From positions 230,268,001 through 230,332,000 of the forward strand of contig OZ024741.1 in NCBI GenBank assembly GCA_964016885.1: a stretch of 64,000 bases of DNA. The letters run 5' to 3'. Shown one piece after another: positions 24,133-36,957 of the stretch. Position numbers and translations under genes: made by a program. The stretch's first letter is position 1, and the number at the start of each line of letters is the position of its first letter. The stretch comes from Eledone cirrhosa. Taxonomy: Eukaryota. Below the pieces are notes generated by a model, which was not told where the DNA came from, ran no database searches, and was given only the letters and a program-made list of their open reading frames with translations.

Positions 24133-27100
24133 CTAATTCACATATTGTGCCAACTTGGCAGGCCAATGGACACGTCGTCCACTTATCGTGACTGGAGATG
24201 AAACAGGTGGCTTGTTGGGACAGCAATCTATTGGAGATTCTGGTGTAGAGACTGTAACAGTATCCATGATGGCTTTTTTTAATCTGCCCACGCTGACAGA
24301 ATTCTGTTTACCATCTAGATCGAGAATAAAATATTTCGGATATCTTTTTAGAACACGATAAGGGCCACAATATGGAGGTCGAAGATGAGCTGAGATGGTG
24401 TCGTTTTGAACGAAAACGTGTGTCCAATCTTTAATGTCAGAAGGTACGTGTGTGGCCGTGTTCTGTTGACGGGTGCTTGCAGGAGCAACGTGAGACATAT
24501 CCTGTCGAAGACGGTGTACGTATGATCCTGGGTCTGGAACATCCCGAGGAGAGATGGGAGCAACCATCTGACTAGGTAGAACCAGGGTGGTGCCGTACAC
24601 CAATTCTGCAGGTGTGTGTCCGAATTCCTCCTTAACGGTGGATCGAATGCCCAGAAGGATGAGTGGCAGGTATTCAAACCAGTGGGTCTTCTCTGCATAT
24701 GATTTTATTGCAGTTTTCAATTGGCGATAGAATCTTTCCACGAGACCATTAGCTTGCGGGTGATAAGCTGTCGTGCGGATGTGTTTACATCCTATACAGG
24801 TGAGTCAGTTCCCTGAAGAGGTGGGAGTCAAACTGGTGTCCTCTGTTCTTTGTTATCTTCGCTGGGGCGCCATAACGTGATACCCAGTGTAAAACCAAAG
24901 TTTTAGCGACTGTTTCCGCTGAGGTATCACTTATGGCAAAAGCCTCAGGCCAACGGGAAAATCGATCTATGCAGGTGAGCAAGTGTGTGCAGTTCTGTGA
25001 TGGTGGTAGAGGTCCGACGATATCGATATGCACATGATGAAAACGTGCATCAGGTTGCGCGAATGTGCCGAGTGGAGTTTTGATGTGTCTGTGGACTTTG
25101 GCTTTCTGGCAGGCAATGCAACTCCTGGACTAGTTGCACACGTCCTTGTTAATGTTAGTCCACACAAAACGAGCAGAGATAAGTTTCTGTGTAGCCCGGA
25201 TTCCCGGGTGAGACAAGCAGTGTAAAGCAGAAAAAACTTGTCGACGATGCATCTGTGGTACATACGGTTGTTCATGACCGGTAGAAAGGTCGCGCCAAAT
25301 TTTTCCCGGAGAAGAAGGAATGGGAACTTGCTGAAACTTGAGGAATGGCGAATCTCGAAGCTTGATAAACTCTTCGTCAGTCTCTTGGTCAGCTGCGATC
25401 TGTTGAAGGTCGATGCCTGAATGTACATGTATTGCGTTCAGCTGGATTCGGGACAGGGCGTTGGCTGCTACGTTGTCTGATCCCTTGATATGCCGAATAT
25501 CAGTTGAATATTGGGAGACAAAATCCAGGTGTCGGAGTTCTTTCGGTGAATGTCGATCAGGTTTGGTACTGAACGCATAAACTAGTGGTTCATGGTCCGT
25601 GTAGATCACGAAATCCGATCCTTCGAGCATGTGACGAAAATGTTTAATCGAAAGGTAGGTTGCCAAGAGTTCGCGGCCACACGTACTGTATTTTGTTTCT
25701 GCAGGTTGCAACCGCTTAGAAAAGAAAGATAAGGGTGGCCAAACGCCGTCGACATATTGTTGTAAAACGCCTCCAACCCCCGTGTCTGATGCGTCCACTA
25801 GCAGCGAAAGAGGAGCGCCAGATCTGGGGAAAACGAGCATGGAAGCGTTTGCCAACATTTCCTTCAGGCGGTTAAAAGATGTTAATTCTTCAGAGTGATG
25901 TCTTCGTTTTTCCGAGTCCATTTGCGAAGAAGGTCCGTGAGGAGTCTGGCTGCGTCGGCACAATGAGGGATGAAACGCCTATAAAAATTCACCAAACCGA
26001 GGAATTCACGCAGTTTCCGAGGTGATGTGGGTGCGGGAAAATTGCGGATAGCTTCTACTTTCTCAGGAAGTGGACAAATTCCGTCTTTATCAATGATGTG
26101 CCCGAGAAAGGACAGTGAAGGAACGCTGAGAAGGCACTTGCTGGGGTTGAGGATAATACCGTACTCGGCTAAACGTTGGAAAAGAAGATCTAAGTGCTTC
26201 TCGTGTTCTTGCTCGGAAGTACTTGCTACTAGCACGTCGTCGATATACGCGTATACGAAGGGTAAATCACGTAACACGGTGTCAATAAACCGCTGAAAAG
26301 TTTGTGCAGCGTTGCGCAGACCGAACGGCATTCGTAGGAATTCAAATAAACCGAACGGTGTTGTGATTGCGGTCATCGGAATATCTGCAGGCTCCATAGG
26401 TATCTGGTTATATGCGCGTACCAAATCTATCTTGGAAAAGATGCGTGCGCCTTGCAGAGAGGCAGAAAAGTCGTGCAAGGGAGGTACAGGGTAATTATCG
26501 GGTACTGTGGAATTGTTAAGTGCACGATCCTCCCCACATGGCCGCAAATCATTCTCGTTTTTTTAGGAACAAGGTGTAGGGGTGCAGACCAGTTGCTGGA
26601 GGTAGGGCGAATGATTCCGAGGTCAAGCATATGTTGAAACTCCTGTTTGGCGATTCTCAATCGGGCTGGAGGCAGTCTCCTTGGTCGGGCAGCTGTGGGT
26701 GTTCCCCTTGTCTCGATGTGATGTGTGACACTATGTTTAATAGGTCCATCCTTAAATACCGGGCGAGTGATGTCTGGGTATTTCTGGAGAATGCAGTTGT
26801 AACGCGAAGGCTCTGACTGGCAAATTACAGGGCTCACTGTGGATTGCGTGGTAAATATACCTCTCAGAGTGAGGTTTGTGGTGGTGTCAATAAGCCCCCA
26901 GTTCTTCATGTCCACCAGAAGGTTGAAGTGTTGGAGAAAATCGGCTCCTAAGATAGGGGTCGGCAGGTCTGCCACGACGATCACCCATTGAAAACGACGC
27001 CTCAGGCCTAAATTGAGGGTCAGTGATTTTTCCCCGAAAGTCGGAATTGACGATCGGTTCCCTGCTTGCAGAAAGGACGGTGTTGGATGTCTTTTTCCCG

Positions 27101-28054
27101 AGACTAGTGAAACAGGAATAACACTAACCTGGGCTTCTGTATCCAGGAAGTAACGGATGCCTGTCGCTTGGTCGTTGATATAAATAGACGACTTTTCTTC
27201 TCAGTACCAGGGGTGAACGTCGCGCTAGGACCTGGTCTGCCCGTTTCCCTGGGTGGTATTCTGGAAAGAGCACGGGGCCTACACTTATATGCCTGTGCGC
27301 CAAATTCTTCGTGATACCAGCAGAGGTTGCCAGACACACGATTTTGACTGGGAAAGGGCCTGGATCGACTGTTGCTGCGCCGCCGGTGTGTTTGAAAGGT
27401 CAGGTTCTCTAATTGGTTTGAGAGGGCTTTAATTTGACCAGCCTGCTCTCTGATCATCTGATCATAGCCCGAAGCTCTGAAATCTCGGATGTAGAGTCCG
27501 AAGACGCTACGTAAGGGTTCGTCCGATGATCTACTTGTGCCACTGAGGCAAAAGGGTTTGACACCTCAGCGATCTTATCTGCGACATTCGCCAGTTCTTC
27601 CTGGTTTGCTGACTCGTTGGTCGACGCCAGAATGCTCTGCATTGATAAGGGCAAGCGATGTATAAACATCCGTTTCAGCACATCTTCTGAAAGCGGCTGG
27701 TCTTCTATCAGCTGTTTCATCTTTCGCAATAGTTGCAGACACGAGTTGGTTGAGTCGTCTCTGCTGTGACGCGGTCGTCCGCTTGACCAATTCCTTGCGG
27801 AATGATTCATATGACACTGTGCCCGGCGGTGCTATGACAATGTCCCTCACCTCAGCCAAGACTTCTGGCGGGACAGACCCAATGATGTAGGTGAGCTTTG
27901 CAGAATCGTTCTTAAATCTGTTAGCGGCGAATTGTGCTTCTATGTGAGAGAACCACAGAGTCGGGTCGTTGGACCAAAAAACAGGGACTTTCAATGTTAA
28001 AGCCGCTTGTGTGGTTAGTATCTCGGCCTCTGTCGTTGGTTGTGACAAGTCCAT
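24133..28054 (-). pseudogene. Gypsy gag-pol, disrupted by frameshifts and stops
   Basis: gag VPVFWSNDPTLWF; protease FLDTEAQVSV; [24 protein letters not shown]; RNase H VDASD, YTDH; integrase HPG..C, HIDIVGP, PYCGPY. Confidence 0.93.
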
Positions 28055-28080
28055 GTTGGTATCTTCTTAGGCTGCTGTCT

Positions 28081-28112
28081 GGTTGCGTGTTCGAATCATG
28101 TCGGGTACACCA
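28081..28112 (-). promoter_or_regulatory. Primer binding site complementary to the tRNA-Trp 3' end (about 32 nt)
   Basis: Plus strand GGTTGCGTGTTCGAATCATGTCGGGTACACCA reads as a tRNA T-arm, acceptor strand and CCA, 2 nt from the LTR. Confidence 0.85.
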
Positions 28113-28114
28113 AT

Positions 28115-28581
28115 TGTAACGACGTGGTTAGTCAGTCTGGTCACTACTTCTGATCAGGTCCGAGAATAGCCCCTTAAAAGGACTGTTATCGCATCCGGTC
28201 TGATCGGATCTGAGGGTAGCCCTTAAAAGGACTGTTGTCTCATACTGTAAGGATGAACAGAGGAAAGCACAAGTTGAAAGGACGAGCAAGGCGAGAGATG
28301 TAGTTTCGGTCAGCTATTTATTTTCATACATGAAGCGACGATACAGAGGTACAAGGTATGTGTGAGTGACAAGCGTGGCAGAGGAGAGGAACAACGATAC
28401 GCTAGCTGACTCTGCCAAAGGTCGACTGGCGAAAGTGTTTGGAATCACTCTATTTATACAAAAATAATCGTAGGCGTTTAATTTGGTGGCTTTAAGGGTT
28501 GTTTGTTTCACGGTGAGGTAGCTAGCTAAGCAGATAGATGGAGCTGTTTATTTCACAGATGTTATTTCCGGTGGCTGTACA
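28115..28581 (-). repeat. 5' LTR
   Basis: Direct repeat of 22769-23202 with block indels. Confidence 0.95.
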
Positions 28582-29757
28582 AAGGTATACCCATTTTCAC
28601 AAGAGAAGACTTCTCTCACCCTCTCCAAAGTGAGTGGGAGATCTCCCTGTCAGACGGGGAGAGTTGACAGGTCTGATATAGTCAGTATATTGTTAATATA
28701 TCTTGTATAAATTCTGTACGTATTTGATAAATTCCATGGTCGAGTTGATACCTTATTACTGATACATGCGGTGATACAAGCGGTATACTGTTGATACATC
28801 CTACAAAACAGTTCCTATGTTACTTATACACCCCGGGCTACAACATGTACAGTAGTGATACATGCTGTGATACAATCTGCATATTATTGATACTTACCAT
28901 AATTCAGTCTGTATGTTATTGATACATGCCATGATAGCGGCGGCTTTTATCTATTTTGCTGAATTTTCACTTACTCAATATCAACATCACGAGGTTTCGA
29001 TTTCAAATTAAAGTCTTTACATAAACATTATCTAACCGTATTCTTCCTCCTGAAAGAGAACTGACCTTATTATTCTGAGAATCCTAATACACTCACTTCA
29101 AAACTCTATTTTCGAGTTAATTTGTTTATACCTTCAAAAGCTATCTTAGCCTTCTAATGGTGAGTTGTCTTTTCTTCCCTCTTCCTCTATCCCCCGTGTT
29201 TTCATTCATTCTTTCTTTGTCTCCTTTCACTGCTACCTTTCTTTACCCCTTTCTTTCCCACTGTTACCTTTTTCCTTCCCCTCTCTCCCTTCAACTGGTC
29301 AGCCCTACTGACGGCAATATTTTTCCTTCTCGCGACGACTTGAGGTTGACCAGACGCACTCCATATGTTTCTCTCTCTCTCTTTCTAACTGTCCCAAGGT
29401 AAACATTATATGAACGAAGATGTTTATTTCTCCGTTACGAGCCTCCTACTCTTCACAGTAATCTGATTAGGTCGTCGATACTGCAAAACTTGAGATCTGA
29501 GGAGCATCTTTTATTGTTTGTAACATTTCCTCTTTCTTCTATTCTATTTCTTCCTCCTTCGAGTCAAATCACATCGAGCCGCTGATCTTTGTCCTTCGAG
29601 GTAATATTTCATCCAACGCTGCTTCGACGGTATTTTGCTGTTCTAACAGCTTCTATACGCCGAGTTTTTCCATTTTCCTGAAGTCCTAATACATTCGCGT
29701 CTCAAAACTCTATTTTCTAGTTAATTTGTTTTTATATATATATATATATATATATAT

Positions 29758-30269
29758 AATAAATGTAATCTGAGTTTTACGAATATTAATAATAATATTC
29801 GATTCGTTTGCAATTATGCAAACAAGTCTCATTTTTAAAGCCATGTCAGTAAAATGAGCCCCTCATTATTGCTCTTCTGTTGGCATGTAAACAGAACTGC
29901 AGACGCTAATGTTTCTGGGTATCACCCTTCATCAGTACAGTTCACTGTTCACCAGCCAACTGTCAGAGCTAGTGAAAATACATGATGTTTCCTAAAATAT
30001 AGAGTGACTAATCGGCCGGATTTGCATATCAGAAGACTGGCTTATCAGTCAGATCTGAATATTAGCAGATCCACTGATCAGCCAGATTTGCTTAACAGAA
30101 GACTGACCAGTCAGTTTCCTGTATACGAGCGATCAATGGCCACATTAAAAAAGAAAAAAAAGTCGCTCTACATGGCTGAATACAATAAATGAGGATTGTT
30201 TGCATAATTGCAAACGAATCGAAAATTATTATTATTATTAATATTCGAAAAACTCAGATTACATTTATT
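29758..30269 (-). mobile_element. Penelope-like relic with about 80-bp inverted ends, flanked by (TA)n
   Basis: 29758-29834 is inverted at 30187-30269; internal hammerhead motif; degenerate 33-bp tandem repeats at 30000-30118. Confidence 0.65.
29894..29943 (-). ncRNA. Minimal type I hammerhead ribozyme motif
   Basis: GAACUGUA-CUGAUGA-AGGGUGAUACCCA-GAAA-CAUUAGCG-UC-UGCAGUUC; 8-bp stem I. Confidence 0.75.
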
Positions 30270-30288
30270 GTATTCAGAAATGTAGAGC

Positions 30289-30332
<44 letters not shown>

Positions 30333-30334
<2 letters not shown>

Positions 30335-30545
30335 TGGTTACACAACAGTTATTTCACTATACCGAGAACAATTGTTTCACCTTAGCGGATCCTCAGTTCG
30401 TACTCAGAGTAGGAGCTGTGGATCCGCTAAGGTGAAACAATTGTTCTCGGTATGGTGAACTAAATGTTGTGTTACCACTTCTACCTAACTCGTCCCATGG
30501 ACTGAGTGCTCTACCACTACGGATATTACCTTCCAGTGTTGTACC
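30333..30545 (+). mobile_element. Short Penelope-like 3' end with an inverted partial copy; hammerhead-like core in both arms
   Basis: 30333-30396 is inverted at 30416-30478; core CUG(A/U)GGA-UCCGCUAAGGU-GAAA-CAAUUG-UU; second copy at 37513-37642. Confidence 0.65.
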
Positions 30546-30567
30546 TCTCTCTCTCTCTATATATATA

Positions 30568-30598
<31 letters not shown>

Positions 30599-30714
30599 CA
30601 CCTTCATCACCTTGACTAACCAGTATGTCAGGCGCCATTCGGCGCCGCTGGTCACAGCACGTGCTCTTTTAGCCATACGATGACGTCATCCCACTGGCTG
30701 GGCGGGTAGGCCGT

Positions 30715-30985
30715 AAGTCTAAAGTCTGTCTTAAGCCAGAAGGCTCATTTTGGCCTGTGCTTATCTGGGTTTCATGGCGTGAAGCGACTGCGAGTAAAAT
30801 ACTCCCCCCTGGATAGGACGCCAGTCACTCGCTCTTGCTGGTACTCATTTTCAGCTGAATAAACTGGAGCAACGTGAAATAAAGTGTCTTGCTCAAGGAA
30901 ACAACACATCACCCTGTCCGAGAATTGAACTCACAACCCTTCGATTGCAAGCCTGCTGCTCTAACCACTAAGCCATGCGCCTTCA
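30715..30985 (-). mobile_element. tRNA-derived SINE, second family (CORE-like)
   Basis: Minus strand GGCGCATGGCTTAGTGGTTAG (A box), GAGTTCAATTC (B box), CCTTGAGCAAGACACTTTATTTCAC. Confidence 0.8.
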
Positions 30986-32876
30986 CATATATATACATAC
31001 ATATATATATGTATACAAATATGTATATATGTATACATATATGTATATATATATATATATGTATATATACACACGCACACATATATATAGATATATGATA
31101 TTATATATATACAATATATACATAAACATATATATTCATTTATATAAAAATAAAGAAAGTATATATATATATATATATACATTTCCACACACATGCGCGC
31201 ACACACACACACATGTATATATATACACTAACTTTGCTGTATATCCCTGTGAACAAACCATCATTGTTTAATATTCATTGTATACCACAGCAATGTTCTA
31301 TTTTTGTAAATAATTATGCATTCAACAAAATAGATTGAATAAAATGGGAAGTCTTCAGTTCACAAGAGACCCAGATAAATATAACTGAACACTATTCTAT
31401 ATGCTTACACGTTCATGAAGTTTTTTTTATATCGTATTTTCTAATCTTAAATCTCAAAAGATGTTTCTTTTGCAATAGCAAAAATGGATGTTATACTCGG
31501 AATGTTTCTTTCATTCTCTCCATTTGCAAACAAACAGACACAGACGCACGCACGCACTCACGCATGCCCCCCTCCACACACACACATACGTACCCACACT
31601 CACTCACACACACACACAGACACATACACACATATGCACACACACATACGTACACACACTGACTCATACACACACACAGACACATACACACACACACATA
31701 CACACATACACATATATATAAATACGCAGATATTCGTCTCTCTCTCTATATATATATATATGTATATATATGTGTGTGCGTGTGTCTGTGTTACGCATAC
31801 ATATATACGACTTCCTGTTTAAATAGATATCGGACTATTAGGTGTATTTCAATAGAATTACATAAAATGGAGTTAAAGGAATAATGTTGTGAACCAAAAT
31901 GTACTTGTCATGTATTTTAATTATCAATGCACTTTTGGTTGACGCTAGTATATTACCGGTACTTTATCAGACATAGATTGTTAGATTGGTGAGATGGGAT
32001 GGTTTGTGCTATAGCTTTTGCAATCCATCTAGCATGAGAAACATGAGGTGGGAAAAAATTCACGGTGGATGGGATTTTGGAGAGGAAGGACTGGGTGAAA
32101 GTATTATATTTGCTTCCGGGAATCGCTATGATATGGATGACATGACGAGGAGGCCAGTGTTGTCGGTGGAGCCTGAATTAATGGGAAATAATATAAGTCT
32201 TAAATCAAAGGAGCAAATGACACTGTAGTAGTGATTAAAGAGGCAAGATTTCCAGTAGCTGGAGTGTTGTTGATGAAAAATTCCACAGAAATCAGTTCCA
32301 AGGTATGAACTCATAAAATGAAACTTAGCACGCTGTTGCATTTATTTCATTTGGATATTGTTTCTGCCAAACATACTTTCAACGTGTGTTTCAATGTTTT
32401 ATATATATCTCCGTTTGTGACCCATTGAAATGTATACATACGCACATACACACAATACATTTCCAATGAGAATCATATTGCTACAATAAGACTTTCGCTG
32501 TCCAGTCACACGGTTTTGGATTCTAATTATACATTGGCCTCTGTAATTATTTCTCAAAAGATACTCAGGAATTTAACCCTATATATCAATTGTAATATAT
32601 GCTGAACAATAAATGTGCTTATATCCTACAAATGAATTATTAACATTTTTATTGTCAATCATTTCGCCGTCCCAGTAATCAACATGATCTACAATGTTTC
32701 TTGTTTGCCAAACATTAATCTATAAAGACGCACATTTCCTAGTCTGTATGATAGTTCATATATTTAATAACTCTCATACATATGGTCTATCACTCCCGGA
32801 CTCCAAAAATTAAATTCGTTCAATTTTATTTCCGTTATTATTGACGGCCCGTGTTTAGTAGTTTATATGCAATAAC

Positions 32877-33080
32877 CGTTTCTACTATAGGCACAAGGTC
32901 AGAAATTTGGGGGAGGGTGTCGTTTAAGTCGACCCTCGTGTATTACTGGTGCTTTACTTTATCGACCCCGTAAGGATGAAAGGCAAAGCTAACCTCGGCG
33001 GGATTTGAACTCAGAATGTAAAGGGTATAACAATATGCTGCAAAGCATGGTGTCTGACGCTCTACCGATACTGTCAATAC
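32877..33080 (-). mobile_element. SINE (major family)
   Basis: Core and tail motifs on the minus strand. Confidence 0.85.
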
Positions 33081-33559
33081 GTTTTCACACTTCACCCCCC
33101 ATAATACATGTCGGTAGATTTTCTTAACGCTATTTTTTGTCAATTTATTCTCCTTAAATTCATATGATTTTCCTTAACCCATTGGTTTCTTCACATTATT
33201 TTGTTTAATACTCTGATTCCATCACGAGGTGTAAGAGTTACGATTCCATTTGAATATTTAAACAATGAGTAAATTTAAAGTAGACGAATAAGATATTTGA
33301 GACAATTGTAGTGATGGAAAATCAGATGAACCACAGATTTTGTTATTACAAGTCTGTTTATCTTTGCGTATTCACAAGTAGTTCCTAAACGGATTTTCTC
33401 ATAAAACTTATGATCTTCAAAAATGGTAGAAACCGTGTTTACGGAAAATCCACACCACCACAATTTTACTAAGACATTAAATTTTTAAAAATGTTTTAGA
33501 GAGAATATGTCCATAAAAAAACGTATAATAGATATTTATTAATCATTATTAAAAGACAC

Positions 33560-33755
33560 ATTTGGCAGTGGATAGACAAAAATATATGGTATATAGTTAC
33601 GACTTTCGAAGTTCTGAGTTCAAATCCCACCTCAGGAAATTTGCCTTTCATCCTTCCGGAATAGATAAAATAAAGTACTAGTTAAGTACCAGGGTCGATA
33701 TAATATATTTTCTCCTTCCACTAAATTCCTGGTCTTGTGCCAATATTAGAATGAT
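33560..33755 (+). mobile_element. SINE (major family), diverged
   Basis: GAGTTCAAATCCC..TTGCCTTTCATCCTT..GATAAAATAAAGTAC..GGTCTTGTGCC. Confidence 0.75.
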
Positions 33756-34053
33756 GTATTACAAGACGCGAAACTCCAGAATATTTGCAAGAAATTCGAG
33801 GTTTCCACGGAACCCACTTTTGGAAATAATGTATTGCATGATGCACTTTAATGTAGCTGCTGTAGTTGTTTTCTCGAAGTTGTTTTGAAATGTGTATCGA
33901 ATATGCCTCCCCTTTATTATTCAGTTTTCCAAGAAAATTATAAGCTTTGTATTTGACACCCGTTTGCTAGCTGTCTATCCCTGACAATAATCACTTGTTT
34001 TTTTTTTATATATTTAACAGGCTGAAAGTATATTCTGTATTGGTATCGTTAAC

Positions 34054-34438
34054 ATGGAGTCAGTCATAGCTTACGAAACCTCAATGGCTGCAATTCCTGG
34101 TAGTGAAAATGCAACAGTGTCAGAGAGGACGTTGATATCTTGCTCCAGCAATGACATTAGTTCTTATGCAACAGTAAACTGCACCATTACACCGCTAGTA
34201 ACACCTCTTTACATCAAAGTATATGTTGGTTTATTGAACGGGCTCATATTTTCTCTTGGTGTTAGTGGTAATATGTTTGTTATCTTCATAGTACTCAGTG
34301 TGAAGGAGATGCGCACCCACACCAATTTTTGTCTAATCAACCTCAGTTTTACTGACCTCATTTACCTACTTGTTTGCCAACCGGCTGCTGTTCTGGATTT
34401 TTACCAGGAGGAGAAGTGGACATTGGGAGACTTCATGT
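34054..34438 (+). CDS. Class A neuropeptide GPCR (ETH/GHS/TRH-receptor-like), coding exon 1 (N-terminus, TM1-TM2)
   Basis: GVSGN, TNFCLINLSFTD, WTLGDFMC; N-glycosylation sequons NAT and NCT; acceptor TTTAACAG at 34020; donor T|GTAAGT, phase 1. Confidence 0.92.
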
Positions 34439-35859
34439 GTAAGTAATTTACCAAATTAATAATAATTATTTCTAATTTAAGAACAAGGCTAAATAGCTGT
34501 GTAGTAAAGCCAATTTTGTAAATCATAGTAAAACACATACAATGACTCATACAAATTATGTTTCTAATCTCACTGCATTTCCTGATGTGACAACTCGTCC
34601 AATTCGTGGCAAGATATGTAAGATAACTGCGGGGTTAAAATCCCATGTGACGGTTCATTAATATGAAATTTCACACCTTAATCCATTAACTGGCATACGC
34701 TGGCATACATTTGTACATACACTAGCATACATTTGTTACTTGTGTCAAATACCTTGCTAATATAGTTGCTGGATTGAAAAATTCACCTTCCGTACACAAA
34801 AGAACGTAATGTTTACAACGGAGTTGTATCTGTTTTGCGCACATTAACAGCTGGTTTATGCTCATCAATGTTGAGACATTAAACTATAGTGTGCAGGATT
34901 CTCCCATCACTTTGCGCTCACGTCAGGCAGGTCTGACATTTGGCACATTGTACCTGTTGAGCTTATCACGGATGGGTAATATTCTCCAGTAGCACTGCAA
35001 GTCAATGCATTTAACTGTTTTTTTTTTTTCGTTACCCAGAATTCACTCCAGTACATCATTACACATTACCTCAACTCACATTCTATAGTGAATTAATGTG
35101 GATATGCTTCACAAAAGACAGACCATACATCTTCACGGCTATGAAATCTTTAGAGCTGTTACAGCCTTAGTGCATGTCAGACAATCATTATCTACGCTAT
35201 CTGAATCTCCACATTCCCCACACTCCACGCAAAATATGTTTTTGGCAGTAAATTTTAAGGCAAGCTAAAGACAAACAGTTCATCACGATTTCAGGTCTCA
35301 CGTTTATACCGTGTTTATTTCAGCTTTATTATTTCCATGCTTCCGCTAGGCACAACCGGCAGTGTCGGCCTCCTCAGTGGAGTGAGGGTGCTCGTCTTAT
35401 GATGTCCCATCCCGTTCTAAGGTAATGTTAGAATCCTTAAACCACCATAACTGTTCGGACAGACTGTTTTGAGATCTTTTATGCCGATGTCTGAAGGAGG
35501 AGGCATGGTTATAGAAACGGAATTTAAAATCGTTGCCGGTTGCACAAGCACACACATGAATATCGGTGAATACACACCCGCATTGCTGTCCCGCCAATTT
35601 CACCAAAATACACACATACGCCCACACACACAAACATAGGACCGATGCCTATATATATATAATCTCAGCCCACACACCACAACAAAATGATATCTTTTGT
35701 CACATCACCAGTCTGAAGAGGAGATCGATACTGGCGTCGGGTCCATAACTCCTATGGCTCACCTTGAGTCAATCCTCTGCGAAACGCGCTAAACAGGTCG
35801 ATACGCGATAAATATTTTCCATATGTAAACGAAATAATTTCCTTGTTTTTTTTTTCCAT

Positions 35860-36560
35860 TATATACACTCTGCCCTGTGACTAGAGTGCTTGATTTAGTA
35901 CCAACACCAAAATACTTCAGCGTACTACCTGCACTATATATATACACGGTATACACTAATTCTACTATGAAATGGCCCGAGAAAATCGTTGGTGTCACCT
36001 TCACATCGTGGACCAGCTCCGTGTTATTCGTGAAGCAGAGGAATCCAAGGTATTTTCACCTCCTTTTTGGGGAAGTACCATCTGTCTGTTTGTAAGGTCC
36101 AGCTAGGATACTGTCTACCTTTGTTCAGGTACGGACATTCCTGAGAGGGGCTGATTTTCTGGCCACTTGACCTTGGCAAGGTTGAAATCTCCCAGCAGTA
36201 GGATGTTGAGACTCTCACCCAAATTTATCAGGACTTCTTCAATACTTCTGAAGCTATCTTCAAACTTGTCCTCATGTCTGGGAGCATCTGGTGGTCGGTA
36301 TGTGACACATATACTTCACGTGTACTATTAGCATATTATAGAACGAGTTGGAATGGGACAATAGTATAATGTGAAATCTTCCCGGATTTACACCACCATG
36401 GGTTCTACCCCCCCTGTCAGTACGAAATACAACATTCTTTGTTATGTGTACTTCCGCATCAGGGGGGTTTCAGTTAGTGCCATGCATATTGCTTGATTGC
36501 TTGTGGCTAGTTCTCTTACACATGTTGGTCAACTTTACCAGACCTCTTACATTTAGTAGT
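35860..36560 (-). mobile_element. LINE endonuclease fragment (CR1/L2-like), intronic
   Basis: LLLNVRGL, CVTYRPPD and LLGDFN motifs in broken frames. Confidence 0.65.
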
Positions 36561-36794
36561 AACACTGGTGTGACATTTGTGGTGTCAATGGTAGCTGCTG
36601 ATATGGTATTTGCGCGGGTATCAGTGGTGTCCACTCTGGGTCCTTTACTTGTGGTGGTCGCGAGTGTTGATGTGACTGGCTTTGTATTTGACGAAGCCAT
36701 GTCAACTTTCTCACATTCTTCTCTGCTATTTAGAAAAGAATGTGGTTCTGCAGCGACAATCTGTACTGCCTCCGTATACTTACTTCTCTGCATC

Positions 36795-36869
<75 letters not shown>

Positions 36870-36957
36870 GCAAAAGTTTTATTTAAGATTGTTGGGTTAC
36901 AACGAGTAAATATTTTATAACTGATATAAAAGCACTCAACAGTTTCTGGAGTAGATT

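Larger units (their letters stand above)
22769..28581 (-). mobile_element. Full-length Gypsy LTR retrotransposon, CsRn1-like, degenerate
   Basis: TG..CA LTRs; 4-bp TSD AAGG (22765-22768, 28582-28585); tRNA-Trp-like PBS; PPT; gag-PR-RT-RH-IN order; gag CWYHEEFGAQAYKC motif. Confidence 0.95.
22666..28675. mobile_element. About 200-bp MITE (hAT-like TIRs) split by the Gypsy insertion (parts 22666-22768 and 28582-28675)
   Basis: Left end CAGCCCTGCCATTCTC versus reverse complement of the right end CAGACCTGTCAACTCTC; ATATAG flanks both ends. Confidence 0.55.

Noticed and set aside
28081-28112. tRNA gene
   Set aside because: Only the 3' 32 nt with encoded CCA, adjacent to an LTR; it is a PBS. SINE heads are likewise not tRNA genes.
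29295-29353. 10-bp stem enclosing CTGACGG, inside a segment with direct repeats (about 29083 and 29685)
   Set aside because: The core boxes are too degenerate to call a hammerhead.
35338-35400. HDV-like L3 motif GCCTCCTCAGTGG
   Set aside because: P1, P2 and P4 could not be assembled convincingly.
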